Positions 25,501 to 38,479 of a DNA stretch of 64,000 nt are shown here, piece by piece. This DNA comes from Eledone cirrhosa. Taxonomy: Eukaryota. Position 1 is the first letter of the stretch. Every line of letters starts with the position of its first letter. The stretch is taken from contig OZ024742.1 in assembly GCA_964016885.1 (NCBI GenBank), positions 334,056,001-334,120,000 of the forward strand, in the 5' to 3' direction. The position numbers and the translations under genes are program-made. The notes under the pieces are model-generated. The model saw nothing but the letters and a program-made list of their open reading frames with translations, ran no database searches and was not told the origin of the DNA.

Positions 25501-26487
25501 GGTCCTTCTGCCGAAAAGAGTGGAGAACTCTGCAACCCAAGGTTGTTTACTTCCGCCGATCTTGAATGAGGAGACATGAGAGGTGGAGAAAACAGTTTAC
25601 TTCAACTCCTGAAAACAGTCATAATCAACAGGCTTTTGTTAATAAACTTATTTTAGTCATTCGCATGTCAATACATTCATTTACTGATGAGTAGATAATA
25701 AAACGGTGACACAGCTCGAGTCACTTATCTCTCTTTAACCTCAGAGAGTTCTCGCATGTTTATCAACGGCAGTTATTTGCATAGCGAAGTTAAATGCATG
25801 TTTGTTGAAAGAATAAATGTTAATTTACACACAATGCTTCTGTATTTTATGAATTCATGCGCTACTAACTATCCAAGGGTTCTGAGCTTCCGATAGATTC
25901 ATGGTGTATGTCGGGCATCTATACTTGACGTAGTTTATATTCCTCCAGTTATGTGTACATCCTGCTATTGACAGAGACAGAGAAGATATGAAAGTGAGAA
26001 AAAGAGGAGGATCAATAACTTTACTGTAATTGGTATTATATTTATTGATCTCGAGAGAATGACCACGAGAGAATTTTAACTTAGTGCGCTGATAACTGCA
26101 ATGAATACCGCGAAGCGTTCTGTCCAACGTTTTAAGGACTTTGTCAATTCACTTCAAATGTAATGATATGCAAAATATGAGAGTGTGGAGTATCAGATTA
26201 TTCCCTTAAGGTTAGCAATGATTTTTTGATAATTAAAACAAGGTAATCGTGTCCCCATCATCAGGCAAACATAAAACAATACCTACAAACGTGAATATAA
26301 CTCTAATATCTCCATTTTCATCAAATACTATTTTGTTGTATAACGGGTAAAGGATAACATTACAAGGCAATAGCAAAGATAGATCTCTCATAGAATATAC
26401 AGCGTTGCTCAGTTCTTTGAGGACACGTATTATAATAGCTCGAACGTTTGTCTAACTTGTTCTGATAATCATTTCCTTTCTGATAAA

Positions 26488-26680
26488 TAATTGTTTCTAC
26501 TTTTGGCACAAGGCCAGCAATTACCCAATGCATTACTGGTACTTTATTTTATCGACCCCGTAAGGATGAAAGGCAAAGTCAACCTCGGCGGGATTTGAAC
26601 TCAGATCGTAAAGGGACGTAACTATACTGGAAAGCATGGCGTCCGACCCTCTACCGATACTGCCAATCCACTGCCAATCC
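26488..26680 (-). mobile_element. tRNA-derived SINE, family 1, young copy
   Basis: Full consensus; 18 bp TSD TCCTTTCTGATAAATAAT at 26474-26491 and 26684-26701. Confidence 0.92.
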
Positions 26681-26713
26681 TTATCCTTTCTGATAAATAA
26701 TGACAGATATTAG

Positions 26714-27352
26714 CAAACTCAGGAAACGGAAAGACACGCTGTAATACTTACTTTAAAACCGGAGCATAACGGTTTAGAGATTGCTCGTTTTCTGAAGGTT
26801 GCACGTTCTTTTGTTGTCAAAGTTCGCAAAGAGATGGAATCCGCTGAAGGGGGTTCTAAAACATAGCCTGACGTAAAAAGCTTGTAAAGCTTCCTAATAG
26901 CACCAGAACATCAACATTTGTATACAATGTGCAAATAATTATTGATAAGAGCCCCATAAAGGCAAATAGCGCCGTTGCTAAGGAGCTTAGGTTTTCAAAG
27001 AGCATTATAAAGAAATTGTAATGTACATGAAGGCCTTCAATACTGGTCATATGGGATACGAAGAGGCGAATTCATGTGTGTAAAAGCGTCTGATTCAATC
27101 AAATGCTTGCTGAGCAAGTTGAAACATCAAGAGTCTGAAATGCTGAAATATTTCTGTTGAGAAAAACGTTAATCTGCACCAAAAGATCGATAGAAGGAAC
27201 GATAGATTGCTGCGCAGAGACGATAGATGTTGCCCCAGCCATGCACACAAGTTCTCCGATGGCAGCTGTGATGGTTCTGGGAGACTTGAGCAACGAAGTA
27301 GATGCCATATATACTCAACTCTTTCCTCAGCTCTTAAGGCTCAATGCTGTGA
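26714..27352 (+). pseudogene. Tc1/mariner superfamily (maT/DD37D-like) transposase relic
   Basis: QETERHAVILTLKPEHNGLEIARFLKVARSFVVKVRKE (HTH region), then SVEKN..HQK..RRNDR and MHT...AVMVLG..SNE.D.....FPQ.LRLNA, matching FSDEK...RRNDR...VMVLG..SNEG of this family; frameshifted. Confidence 0.75.
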
Positions 27353-28142
27353 ATTAACGAGTAAGTTGTTACGTGTTTCACAGAAACATACAGTGTACAT
27401 ATTTAATCTTATTTCTGTAGCAGAATCAACATGTTACAATATATTAAGAGGTTGGACCTTGATTTACAGAGGAATACACTACCCTGTGAGCTTCCATACA
27501 GTTTCCATCTACTCAAGTGTACTAACAAAATGTATGTAATCTTTGAGTAAATACACCTGAGCACGCTGACACGCGGTGATTTAAACCAAGTATTTCAAAA
27601 TTGCGAAGTGAACATCATAATCATTCAGCGATACCTGCATCTTTGGTCTGAAGAATACTTCTATATCTAATATAACGTTACACCCACAGTTCTATTAGAA
27701 AAAACATATTTTCAAAACATCTGCGCTACCGTTGATTGTAGTTTTATTTTAACATGAATTTAGCTTAAGAGAATTCTTTTTAGATCGTTAAGCTCGTATT
27801 TTGTAAGTGATATACACTGATATCCTCAGGGTATATTATAATATCTGAAATTTGATCAACAAACTTCACGCTGAGATCTTTAAAAAAAACTATTAGTTCT
27901 CAGTTACCTGAAAAGATCATTGTGCTTAGTAACTAACTGAAGCCTTCTCGCGCCCAGCTGTTCTCGCCAGGCGGAAATATCTCCAGGAAAAATGTTGAAG
28001 CATTCTCTGTTATTGTCGTTGTGTTTTTATCGTTTTATTATATTCATATTTTTTGGCATTTATTTCCATTTCATTGATAGCCATATGTTATTGATGTTAA
28101 TACCTGTTCTTATTGTCCCAAGCTCTAACAATATATACATAG

Positions 28143-28230
<88 letters not shown>

Positions 28231-28272
28231 ATATATATATAATATATATATGTATATATATATATATATATA

Positions 28273-28705
28273 CTAGCAGAGGTACCCGGCGTTGCTCGGG
28301 TATTAAATAGCAGTTGTGTATACCATTTATGTCAATACTTCAGTGCTGCTTCGAAAACTATACTTTTACAAAATCATCGGCTTTTTCCAAAAAGGGGTTC
28401 CTGCCCCCATGGGTCCCCTACTCATTATGTGCCAATTCTGAGAGTTCACATTCAGCTGTAGAACAAACGTACCTCATGTGTCAAGTTTTGTGAACATCGG
28501 TTGCGAGCTCCAGAAGGTATGACGTTTTGTTGCATTGCACTGCAGTGCTTCAGTCGACTCCAAGAAAGTGGACAAAGGGGGTTATCTGCTGGGAGGCCCT
28601 ATAGTCAATATCTGGAAAAATGAAAGTGCCCATGACCATCCGGAGTACATAAGTAACCTATGTCTTAAGTTTGGTGAAAATACTGTAGAAATGCATGAGG
28701 TTTAT
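28273..28705 (-). mobile_element. Non-autonomous Helitron-like element
   Basis: Minus-strand 3' end CCCGAGCAACGCCGGG hairpin + TACCTCTG + CTAG|T; 5' boundary approximate. Confidence 0.7.
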
Positions 28706-29419
28706 ACATACGCGAGTGTGCGTGCGTGCGCGCGCATGCGCTCGTGTGTGTATGTGTTTGTGGGTGTGTATGTTATTGTGTGTGCGTATGTATGTGTATG
28801 TCCGTCGAGGCATACGTATGTACTGGCTAAATCTTCACTATTTACTTTTACTATTTTAATAACCTCTGTCATTTTTGTTTTCAATTTTATTTACATCATT
28901 CTTAAACTCCTGGGCTGGAAATCCATCTGTTATTTTAAATAGAATATTAGTCTAACGACTCCATTTATACCATAAACTTGGTTTTGTCTTTGCATGAAAT
29001 TGTTCCTCATCGCACCACATAACGACGTATTATCCTCGCTATTTTCCCGTTCATTGTCAGGGAACGTCTTCACGAACCAAAATATCGTCTTCCTGTTTTC
29101 CTTCGGTTGCAACTTTTCTCGAAATATTTACTTCTGCGTTCACAAATTACTCTAAGTTCAATTTGAATGCGAAATTCCTGTTTCATCGATTTTCTCCGTA
29201 ACCATAGAAGCTTGTAGCTTGAAGGTCGACCCAACGCCTCCTCGGGTCATTTTGCATAACTGTTTAAATTTTAGCTGCATTCCACCAAGCCATTTCGACG
29301 ATTATCCGACTACACCTACTTACTTAAATATACAACGTCCGACCACTTCCAATTTATATAGTAGATATATATATAATATTCATATGTATATATATATATG
29401 TATATATATATATATAACA

Positions 29420-29619
29420 AATAAATTGTGGTAAGGAACCAGATGGACCATAACACACCAGAGTACTCAATACTTAGGGTAGTAGAATGGGAAATAGGAA
29501 AAAGTATGACCCCGACGGCAGAGCTCAAACCGTTTCGACGGCTATTTCTGGACTCAAATGTCCAGAAATAGCCGTCGAAACGGTTTGAGCTCTGCCGTCG
29601 GGGTCATACTTTTTCCTAT
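29420..29619. repeat. Dispersed repeat family B; this copy includes a perfect 60 bp-arm hairpin (29494-29619)
   Basis: GGAAAAAGTATGACCCCGACGGCAGAG... recurs at about 34500-34622, 55423-55570 and 58380-58552. Confidence 0.85.
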
Positions 29620-29646
29620 ATATATATATATATATATATATACATA

Positions 29647-30710
29647 CTACTGGCCCGTCCGGCTGGCTGGATAGGTATACCAACATTTTATCTTTTCAGG
29701 AATCCCCCCTATACTCTAGTGCAAAGATACCGCACGCTCTCTCAAGTAAGCGAGGGGGGGGGGGGTTAACGTGCTCTGATGTTGGGTTTGAATAGTTTTT
29801 AGGATTCCCCAGTTCAGCAGCCATTACGTTAAAGAAAATTGATAGTTACAATAATTGTTTCTACTTTTGGCACAAGTCCATCAATTACCCAGAACATGAC
29901 TGGTACTTTATTTTATCGACCCCGTAAGGATGAAAGGCAAAGTTAACCTCGGCCGGATTTGAACTCAGAATGGAAAGGGCCGTAACTCTATGCGTCAAAT
30001 CATGGCGTCCGACCCTCTACCGATACTGCCAATCCACCGATAATAAAAGCTGAACAGAGAACAATTTTTTTAACAAACAATAATTTGTACAACCATAATG
30101 GAAATTCCAAGTAACAGAAAATATTTAAATTACATTGTTAGAGCCTCAGAGTATGCAATATTTTTTGTCGGCCGTCCGGAGCAAAGATGAAGAGATTGTT
30201 TGGAGAGCTAACCCTAGAGCATCCTACATACAATTAACCATGGGAGAATCACTGATTTCGTAGCTCGTCTCGCGGAGAAGCTCTGTAGACGTTGACCTCT
30301 GGACACTCCTGTCAGGAGCAGGTAAGCTGTAGTGACTTAGAGGCCTACCACCAATTTCCAGGACACTGTTTTCAAGACAAATGAGCGCCACATTGAAAAC
30401 GACATCGTATGTTACGTTCGGATTGTGTCTTCGTGTGCAGTGGAGGATGTCCTCAGCTAGACTTTCCCGGTGGTTGTTCTACATTGCGAGAGGGTCGGCG
30501 AGATCACAGTTGTGCATCATAATACCAAAACGTTTTAGGAGCTGAGAAGGGACTGTAGCAGTTGCTGCTTCTTGCAGACTCAGGTGCCAATGGCTGTCAT
30601 CGTGTAACATACCACGCATCTGGCAAGCCAAACGGTAAGTGGAACATTGAAGGCCATTGATGGTTCTCAGATCTTGGAAAGAATGTGGTCTTCTAACCTC
30701 GAACAGTAAC
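29647..30710 (-). mobile_element. Internally deleted Helitron (RepHel fragments) with a SINE insertion
   Basis: LLLFEVRRPHSFQDLRTING..CSTYRLACQMRGMLHDDSHW..SLQEA...ESLAEDILH followed by FSHG*LYVGCSRV..TKNIAY.EAL; decayed 3' hairpin CCCGTCCGGC/GCTGGATAGG beside CTAC at 29647. Confidence 0.8.
29851..30039 (-). mobile_element. tRNA-derived SINE, family 1
   Basis: Full consensus match. Confidence 0.88.
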
Positions 30711-31754
30711 AATGATGATAAGCCGACTGTGATTTGGTGAAATAAATAGGTTTTTGTTTTTGTGTATGCAAAAATATCTGTACACAAATATATATATTAA
30801 AATAACAGATTAAAGTTTAAGCAAAGAATCGCTGCATTCACCCTTAACGGGATCTTCTGAAACTAAAAAATCAGTCTGTGAACTCAGAAGTAAATATTTC
30901 GGAAAACGTTATCTAATGCAGACAGCCATACATACAGACTAAGAAAAAGAGGGGAATGTTGTACGACGTCATAAGAAAAAGTGAGGAATTACGCGTAACA
31001 GGAAGTGTTGACATTTGAAAATTTTAAAGAAGTGAATATTTAAATAATGTCTTTTCTTTACTCTTTTAACAAAAATCAGTAGACAAAAATACCCTCACTT
31101 TTTTACTTGGAAAAACAAGAAAATATACGTACGAGAAAGTATACGTACCTTCACAAAACATACGGGTAAAGTATACTTACCTATACAAATAAGTAATGGC
31201 ATAAATATAAAATATTCTTAGCTACAACATCAAGACGTAAATTATCCGCGTATTGTTCGTACTATCCGTTAGGGTATAATGTGGGGCTGTGGGTTCGATC
31301 ATACCGTCTCTTTCGGAAATATATATATGATTAATATAGCACTTAAAAAATATTCTGAACTGTCATATCGACCGGAGTTTGCATCTCGCATACATACGCT
31401 CCCTCATTCTACAGATTACATCAGATTCCTTTCATCGTTGCACCAATACTACTGTATTTAATATAGGGAAACTTTCATGAGGCTATTCATGCACTGGGAT
31501 TGGGGATTATTACCATCCGCTTCCCAATCCAGCATACTCGTCATTGGATTTCAGTTTTAGTTAGAGGAAGAGGAAAGGAAGCCTAATTTGCATAACGAGT
31601 GGGTTAGTCGGCCGGGCGTACCGAAAGCGATACATGGAAAAAGTGAAATTTCATTTCTCACTCTTACTATGGCTGTTACTTAAATATGTGTATGTATACG
31701 TACATACATATATGTATATACTTTCAAACGTTCAATCGACTGACAGCAAGGTAT

Positions 31755-31797
31755 ACGGTGCTGATGACAGCTAATAAGCTAGAAACTAGTTCATGGT
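31755..31797 (+). ncRNA. Degenerate HHR-like motif between inverted arms (about 31634-31720 / 31965-32052)
   Basis: GTG-CTGATGA-C-AGCT-AATA-AGCT-A-GAAA-CTAG-TT-CAT. Confidence 0.5.
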
Positions 31798-32575
31798 TCC
31801 TTTGTCAGTATTGAACAAAAGGGCAATGATGGTTGCCGAACACTGTACGGCTTAATTCGTGCTGTTTGTTTATAAACAAACCGAGCATTATAATAAATGT
31901 TCGGTAAACCCATACGTACATGTATATATGTGTGCATGTATGTATATACATACTACTGTACGTCTGTATACATATATGTATGTACGTATACATACTTATA
32001 TTTAAGTATCAGCCGTACTAAGAGTGGAAAATGAAATTTCATTTTTTCCATATTTATATAAATAATGCAAAATGTTTTATATTATACCTTTGTAAACACC
32101 AGCTACACTTCTATGTAGAATCAATTTTCGAGAATTTAATTTTCGCCTCTTCGTGAAGTGTATAAGCATCTGTATGTAATTTGAGAGAGTTTTGTATTAA
32201 ATAAATAAATGTTTGAGTACAGTAATCGGAAAGAAAAATATTCTAAATACGTGGTTTCAGTCACGTTAGATGCAGCAGTAACGCTTATTCCAAAAATATC
32301 ATATTTAAAGTTGTATGTAGTATTGTGAGATATGTCGTTATGATTATTTTGGAAAGCCGGTAGAACTCAAATTAGAAATACTGAAGTGAGAACGAGAGTA
32401 GAGAGAATTATGTGATATAAAACAAGAATTTCCATGCTTACATTTAGTTTCAGGACACTCCGAGATTCGGACTTAAATTTCAAACGTAAAATGTTAATTC
32501 ATCTTAATAACGGTAATAGATGGAATTTTACTCAGCTCGAAACAACACTGAAGAGGCTCTGAAGAGGCCTTACTA

Positions 32576-32764
32576 TAATTGTTTCTACTCTTTGCACAAG
32601 GCCAGCAATTATCCCAATGTATTACTGGTACTTTACTTATCGACCCCGTAAGGATAAAAGGCAAAGTTAGCCTCGGCGGGATTTGAACTCAGACCATAAA
32701 GGGTCGTAACTCTTTGCTGCAAAGCATGGCGTCCGACCATCTACCGATACTGCCAATCCACCAC
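32576..32764 (-). mobile_element. tRNA-derived SINE, family 1
   Basis: Full consensus; ACTATAAT flanks both ends. Confidence 0.88.
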
Positions 32765-32943
32765 TATAATGTAAGTAATATGTCGCTATTCATCTGCCTT
32801 ATTCGATGTCAGATATTTGTATGAAGTTATAATGTGTTGTCTCCATAACATTGGATTGTATTGGTGGTCACTTATAATGTTTTCTTACACCAAATTTTCA
32901 TGGAGTTGTAGTTCAGCGAGGTCGATATTATGGTATATTGATC

Positions 32944-32974
<31 letters not shown>

Positions 32975-33171
32975 GGGGGGGGGGGATCTTTCCGATTACT
33001 GCTATTCTTTAGCGATTAAGGGTCTATCGGGAGACACGTGTGCTAATATAATCAATTGAATATAAGAATAAGTTGATGTAAAAACTGAAAAATAAACATT
33101 AGTTTTATCATAGTGACACATACACGCCCATATATTCAACGCACCTAAACACTTATACATATAGGGCGATT

Positions 33172-33261
<90 letters not shown>

Positions 33262-33467
33262 TTTCTGAATTTGATTAGCAAGATTCTTTATCTGAAAAGC
33301 ATAAGAATATATATATATTGTTATACTTTGGGAGGGTCATGTTGCCAATAAGAAACACACGCACCAGTAGTTTCACTTCAATTTATCATAATAAATTTAT
33401 AAATTTAGGAATTTATAAATTTCCGGTTGGTTGATTGGTTCCACAACCAGATGATTGTTCATATATT

Positions 33468-33510
33468 GTCAAAGTTGTTTCGTCACACATTCTGTGACCT
33501 CTTCAGTGAC
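33468..33510 (-). ncRNA. HHR-like motif in repeat family C
   Basis: GTCA-CTGAAGA-G-GTCAC-AGAATGT-GTGAC-GAAA-CAAC-TT-TGAC; stems I and II perfect, stem III mismatched. Confidence 0.6.
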
Positions 33511-34619
33511 TGGGGATTTTTTTCTTTGTTTTTTGCCTCTCCTTTGTTCTGTCCTACGCCATCTTGTTTCAAAAAAAAAAAAAATATATATACATAAATA
33601 GAGAAAAGATGAAGTTGGAAATAGCACGGGAGAATGTTTAAGGGTCTGTTTTTCCTTTTTGATTCGTCAAAGTGACATTATTGAGAAGATAGTGTTATTT
33701 AAAAAAGAGGGACAATTCTTTTTTGAACATTTTTTTTATGGCGTATATAAAGTGTATGAAAAAATTACCGGTTACGATGTATTAAAATGCAATTCACCCT
33801 CAATTCATTATTTTTTTCTCTCTTTCATGCTCATCTAACTTATACATATTACACTTATTCATCCACTATTCTACTTCTTTTCACAATATTACATTACTAT
33901 TGTTATATTTTTATATTTTTTTAATAATACATATCAGCAATTTCTTTCCATCGCACATATTATTAAACCCTTAAATATTATTCTTAATACATATTAACAA
34001 TTTCTTTTCATCGCACATATTATTAAACCCTTCAATATACAAACCTTAATTTAACATGATTCTAACATTTTTTCACTTCTTTTAATTTATATATTATCTT
34101 CCAACGGTTTTTTAACCTCTCTATGTAAAACAATATATTTCTCTCAGTTATCAAAGTTATCTCTCTCTCTCTATCACGCATCTCTCCTCCTATCTCATAC
34201 CTTCCTCATTATACTCCTCCCCCTCCACTTTTTACTCTCATCTCTTCCTCTTTTTCACCCCCCCTCTCAATTTTTTTCCCAATATCACACATCAATCTAA
34301 AACTACTTTTCATATGTTGATTTTAAACTGCACTATTCACTAGTGTTTTTTAACCTTCATATCATGTCTTCTTATTTTATCTGACGAAAACGCAAATGTT
34401 ATCGCATGATGATATTTTTTTATGAAAGGCGCATAATAAAATACATGGAACTCTTTTAACCATCTTTTGATCTTATATATTATATATATATATATATATA
34501 GGAACAAGTATGACCCCGACGGCAGAGTGGGTAATGTTCCTATTACCCACTCTTCTACCCAAAAGTATTGAGTATTTTGGTGCGTTATGGTCCATCTGGT
34601 TCCTTACCACATTTCCTTC

Positions 34620-34669
<50 letters not shown>

Positions 34670-35690
34670 CACAGATATATACACACACGCAGACATACAT
34701 ACGTACGTACACACCACAAACGCACAGGCACATAAGTTTATGCCCATCTCGGAATTGAATGATTGAACGATAGATAAATGTTGTTTTCAAGTGCTATCGC
34801 CTAGAATTTTCGTTCAGCTATAGGAATAGCGATGACATGAGCACAGCTTAAAATACTCATTGCGAATCATAATATATATTTATAATACATAAATATTTAT
34901 ATTCCTTTATAGTATATCATTTTATGAGGATATTTTTTATCTTGGTGAAGAGCCAACAATTTTTTCAGGTGAGTAGGAAATCGACTTACTCATGGTGAGA
35001 AGTTGACTAGTATATTCGCTTAACGACCCCGGAGTGATGAACGTTTTAGGATGCGTATACGGGATTTGAACTCAGAATATAAACATCTGTAATTAAATGA
35101 TGCAAGACATTTTGCCCGACGGTCTAACGATAGAATATGAAGAATATTAATCATTTTTATTATCCTGTTGCATTATCAGCAGCAGTGATATATTTTAGTA
35201 AAACCTTCAGTTATATACAAAGTATAAGATATGCATTAATTGCGTTCAGTTCTCAATAGAGGCCCAAGGCAGAACATAGCCCGTTGCCTAGAAGATTATT
35301 GATGCAAGATAATCAAAATACATGATATGCTTCACCACTATACGCTGTCGTACACTTTTGTTATTCTGATGAAATATATATTTTCGCATTGCTTTAGGTA
35401 AATTGTTTCCACCTTCTTCGGATTAAGTTAGATAGTTTTCTTCGTTTGTCTTTTTAGTAAGAAATACCTTATTGTCTAGTTTAATATGAAATAATATTTT
35501 CTTCTCCAGCTGAGAATATTGAATATTTTCACTTCATAATATACAGAATGTTTAAACATATATAGTAAAGTAAATTAGAAACAGTTTTTAATGTGCGAAA
35601 CCATGTGGGCAATAAAAGTTCGATTCCAGAGTGAAAATGTTCCTTCATTTCCTACATTCAACATATCGTTATTGACATAGACATTCTTTG

Positions 35691-35734
<44 letters not shown>

Positions 35735-35925
35735 CATATATATGATAACAGTTATCCTCATGCCGTTGAAACGGCAAGAACTCAGCAGCCGAGCAGTAGA
35801 TGCCTACACGACTTTTCAGAGTAACGAGTATCATCGCCATAATCACCATCAACACGGCTATCACTATCTTCATTATTATGAGTGGCAGGATATACGAGGA
35901 GGGATTAATTGGCTGTGGTTATATT

Positions 35926-36000
<75 letters not shown>

Positions 36001-37147
36001 AAAGCTAGTGGAACTTCATATAGAAAATTAATTTCATAAATTTTGTGTGGCAAAGATCTGGTGGAAATATTATTCAGTAAACATAGGCTGTTCGACGTTA
36101 TATGTATGAATAACATAATCTAGAGTATATATATATATATATATACAGGGGCGGCGTTAGAATTAATGCCAACTAGACACCCTGTAGCGTTGAATTGTAT
36201 TACCGAACCTTAAATTATATTGTTATACAATTTTGTATAATTATATCAAATATATTGCATTTTCTTGCGATCAATAAAATAAATAATAAGACATCTTTGA
36301 GGCAGTGCAAACGTATGGATATATCCAGAGAGGTCAATATTATTCGCCATATTATTTGACTTGCTTGAGTGTAGACTGTATTGTAGAAAATACATGCTTA
36401 GTAATTTTCTTAGTTGATACAGAGCAAGCATTGTCAAAAACCTCGTTTTTGATAGCTTCCTAAATGGTAAGGTAAACATATTTTATTTGTGATAATGGAG
36501 CGCATAACCTGTATAAGACTCACAGACAGTACGGGGCTAAACGCCCATGTGTCGGTTCTGCATATATGAAGTCTCAACACCTGTCTGTGTATGGTTGTGT
36601 ATTGTTTATGTGCTCGTGTTTATGTGTGTAATGATATAACCTATCTCGACCATTTAGCGAACATTCTACATAAAATACGTGTTATTTTACTCATACAACC
36701 TGAACGTCAAGCCTTTGTTTCTTCTCACGAAAATCATTTTCATTAAACAAATATTTTTTAAATTTAATTTTCTATTTTATTTGAATCTTTGATTTGACCA
36801 GATTATGAGGTGTCCTTAAGTCAATAACTTATACATCGATAGTCAAAGTGCACTTCCGTTTTCAACCGAATCCTCTCGATGCTAAATGGAAATCTGGGAT
36901 TCTTAACGGTCACTGATCGCTCGGATTTATCATCGTCGTCTTAGAGCGGTGCAATTGACCCGAGGTGGACTGAAACCCATCTTTTCGTGTTTATTAACTT
37001 GTATATGATGTCACCCCGCTAGGTCGGATGACAATCCAATTTTATATATTAATTCATTATAAAGCAGCAATCGTGTATAGACACAGAGTCGGTTAAATTC
37101 CTCGCTTCGTATATCGTATATTGGTTCTTTCATAGTAAAGCTTCTAA

Positions 37148-37455
37148 TATAATTGTTTCTACTTTCGGCACAAGGCCAGTAATTATCCCGTTGCACTACT
37201 GGTACTTATTTTATCAATCCCGTAAGGATGAAAGGCAAAATTAACCTCAGCAGGATGGCGGGATTTGAACTCAGATCATTTTAGGAGTGACGAAAATCGA
37301 GTAAAGTGACCGCAGTGCATTACTGGTGCTTTATTTTATCAACCCCGTAAGGATGGAAAGCAAAGCTAACTCCAGCGGGATTTGAATTCAGCGTCAAGAG
37401 CTGTAACACTATGCTGCGAAGCATGGTACCCGACACTCTACCGATACTGCCAATG
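37148..37455 (-). mobile_element. Two overlapping partial SINE family 1 copies
   Basis: The CTGGT..TTATTTTATCAA.CCCGTAAGGATG..AAG.CAAA body occurs twice (about 37198 and 37323). Confidence 0.8.
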
Positions 37456-38388
37456 ATTATTTTCAATAATGAATCAAAAACCCAAATCAAGTCTAAATAT
37501 TCCCTGCAACTTTTCTGAATAGGTTTCTGAAAATTATCTTTCTTCTTGAGATTGGTCTTTGCAATATTATATCATCTTTTTAAACTTCCCTATCCCCAGA
37601 ATATCGGAAACGGGAAACTCAGAATATCGTTTCGTAATTTTTTCAGCATCTAAAATATACAAATTATTATATATTTTTACATCTACATCTTCTATCTAGA
37701 ACACAATTTTACCAAATTTGTACATATGTTGTGCCAAGAAATATATCTTTATATCATTACTTTTTCTGTCCTCATCTCCCTCTTATTTACACGCATATAT
37801 CTAACGTATATCAGTCACAAATAGTACAATTACATTTGTATTTTCCTTTAATCGTACGTATTGTGTTATAGAACTTGTTAGCGATATAGTTTTTGATAGA
37901 AAGAGAGAGAGTGTGTGAGAAGGAAAGAGAGGAGGAAGTGAGGAAATATTGAGGAGGTGTGGAAGGAAAAGTGAGGGGTGAGAGAGATGGAGAATAAATC
38001 AAACGAAATATAGACGCATTGATAAAAATGTAGAAGGGTCGTTCTTAGTTAGTAATAAATCAGAAATCAAGATGGCGGTTGATCATTATGGCAGTGTCGC
38101 ATGTTAAGTGATCATTGAACGTTGCAGCCTTACTGATTGCCATACTAAGTATTTTCCACCTCATTGATTTTGCTTGTTCATCCAGCCCTGACTTTTTTAT
38201 GTGCACGAGGAAATGAATCTTAATTACTAATAAATATACAGTTCCCAGAATTTATCATCGTAATTGACATCACTATCGTTGACAATATCATCATCATCTT
38301 CATCATCATCATCATCCTCATCATCATCGTTGTCGTGGTTGCCAGTTCTATATGTGAATTTTTTCATGTACAGCATTGCAGCATTATA

Positions 38389-38479
<91 letters not shown>

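Noticed and set aside
25417-25610. Minus-strand exon with a good acceptor and GTAAGT donor
   Set aside because: Stops occur in all three frames; a non-coding exon cannot be supported from sequence alone
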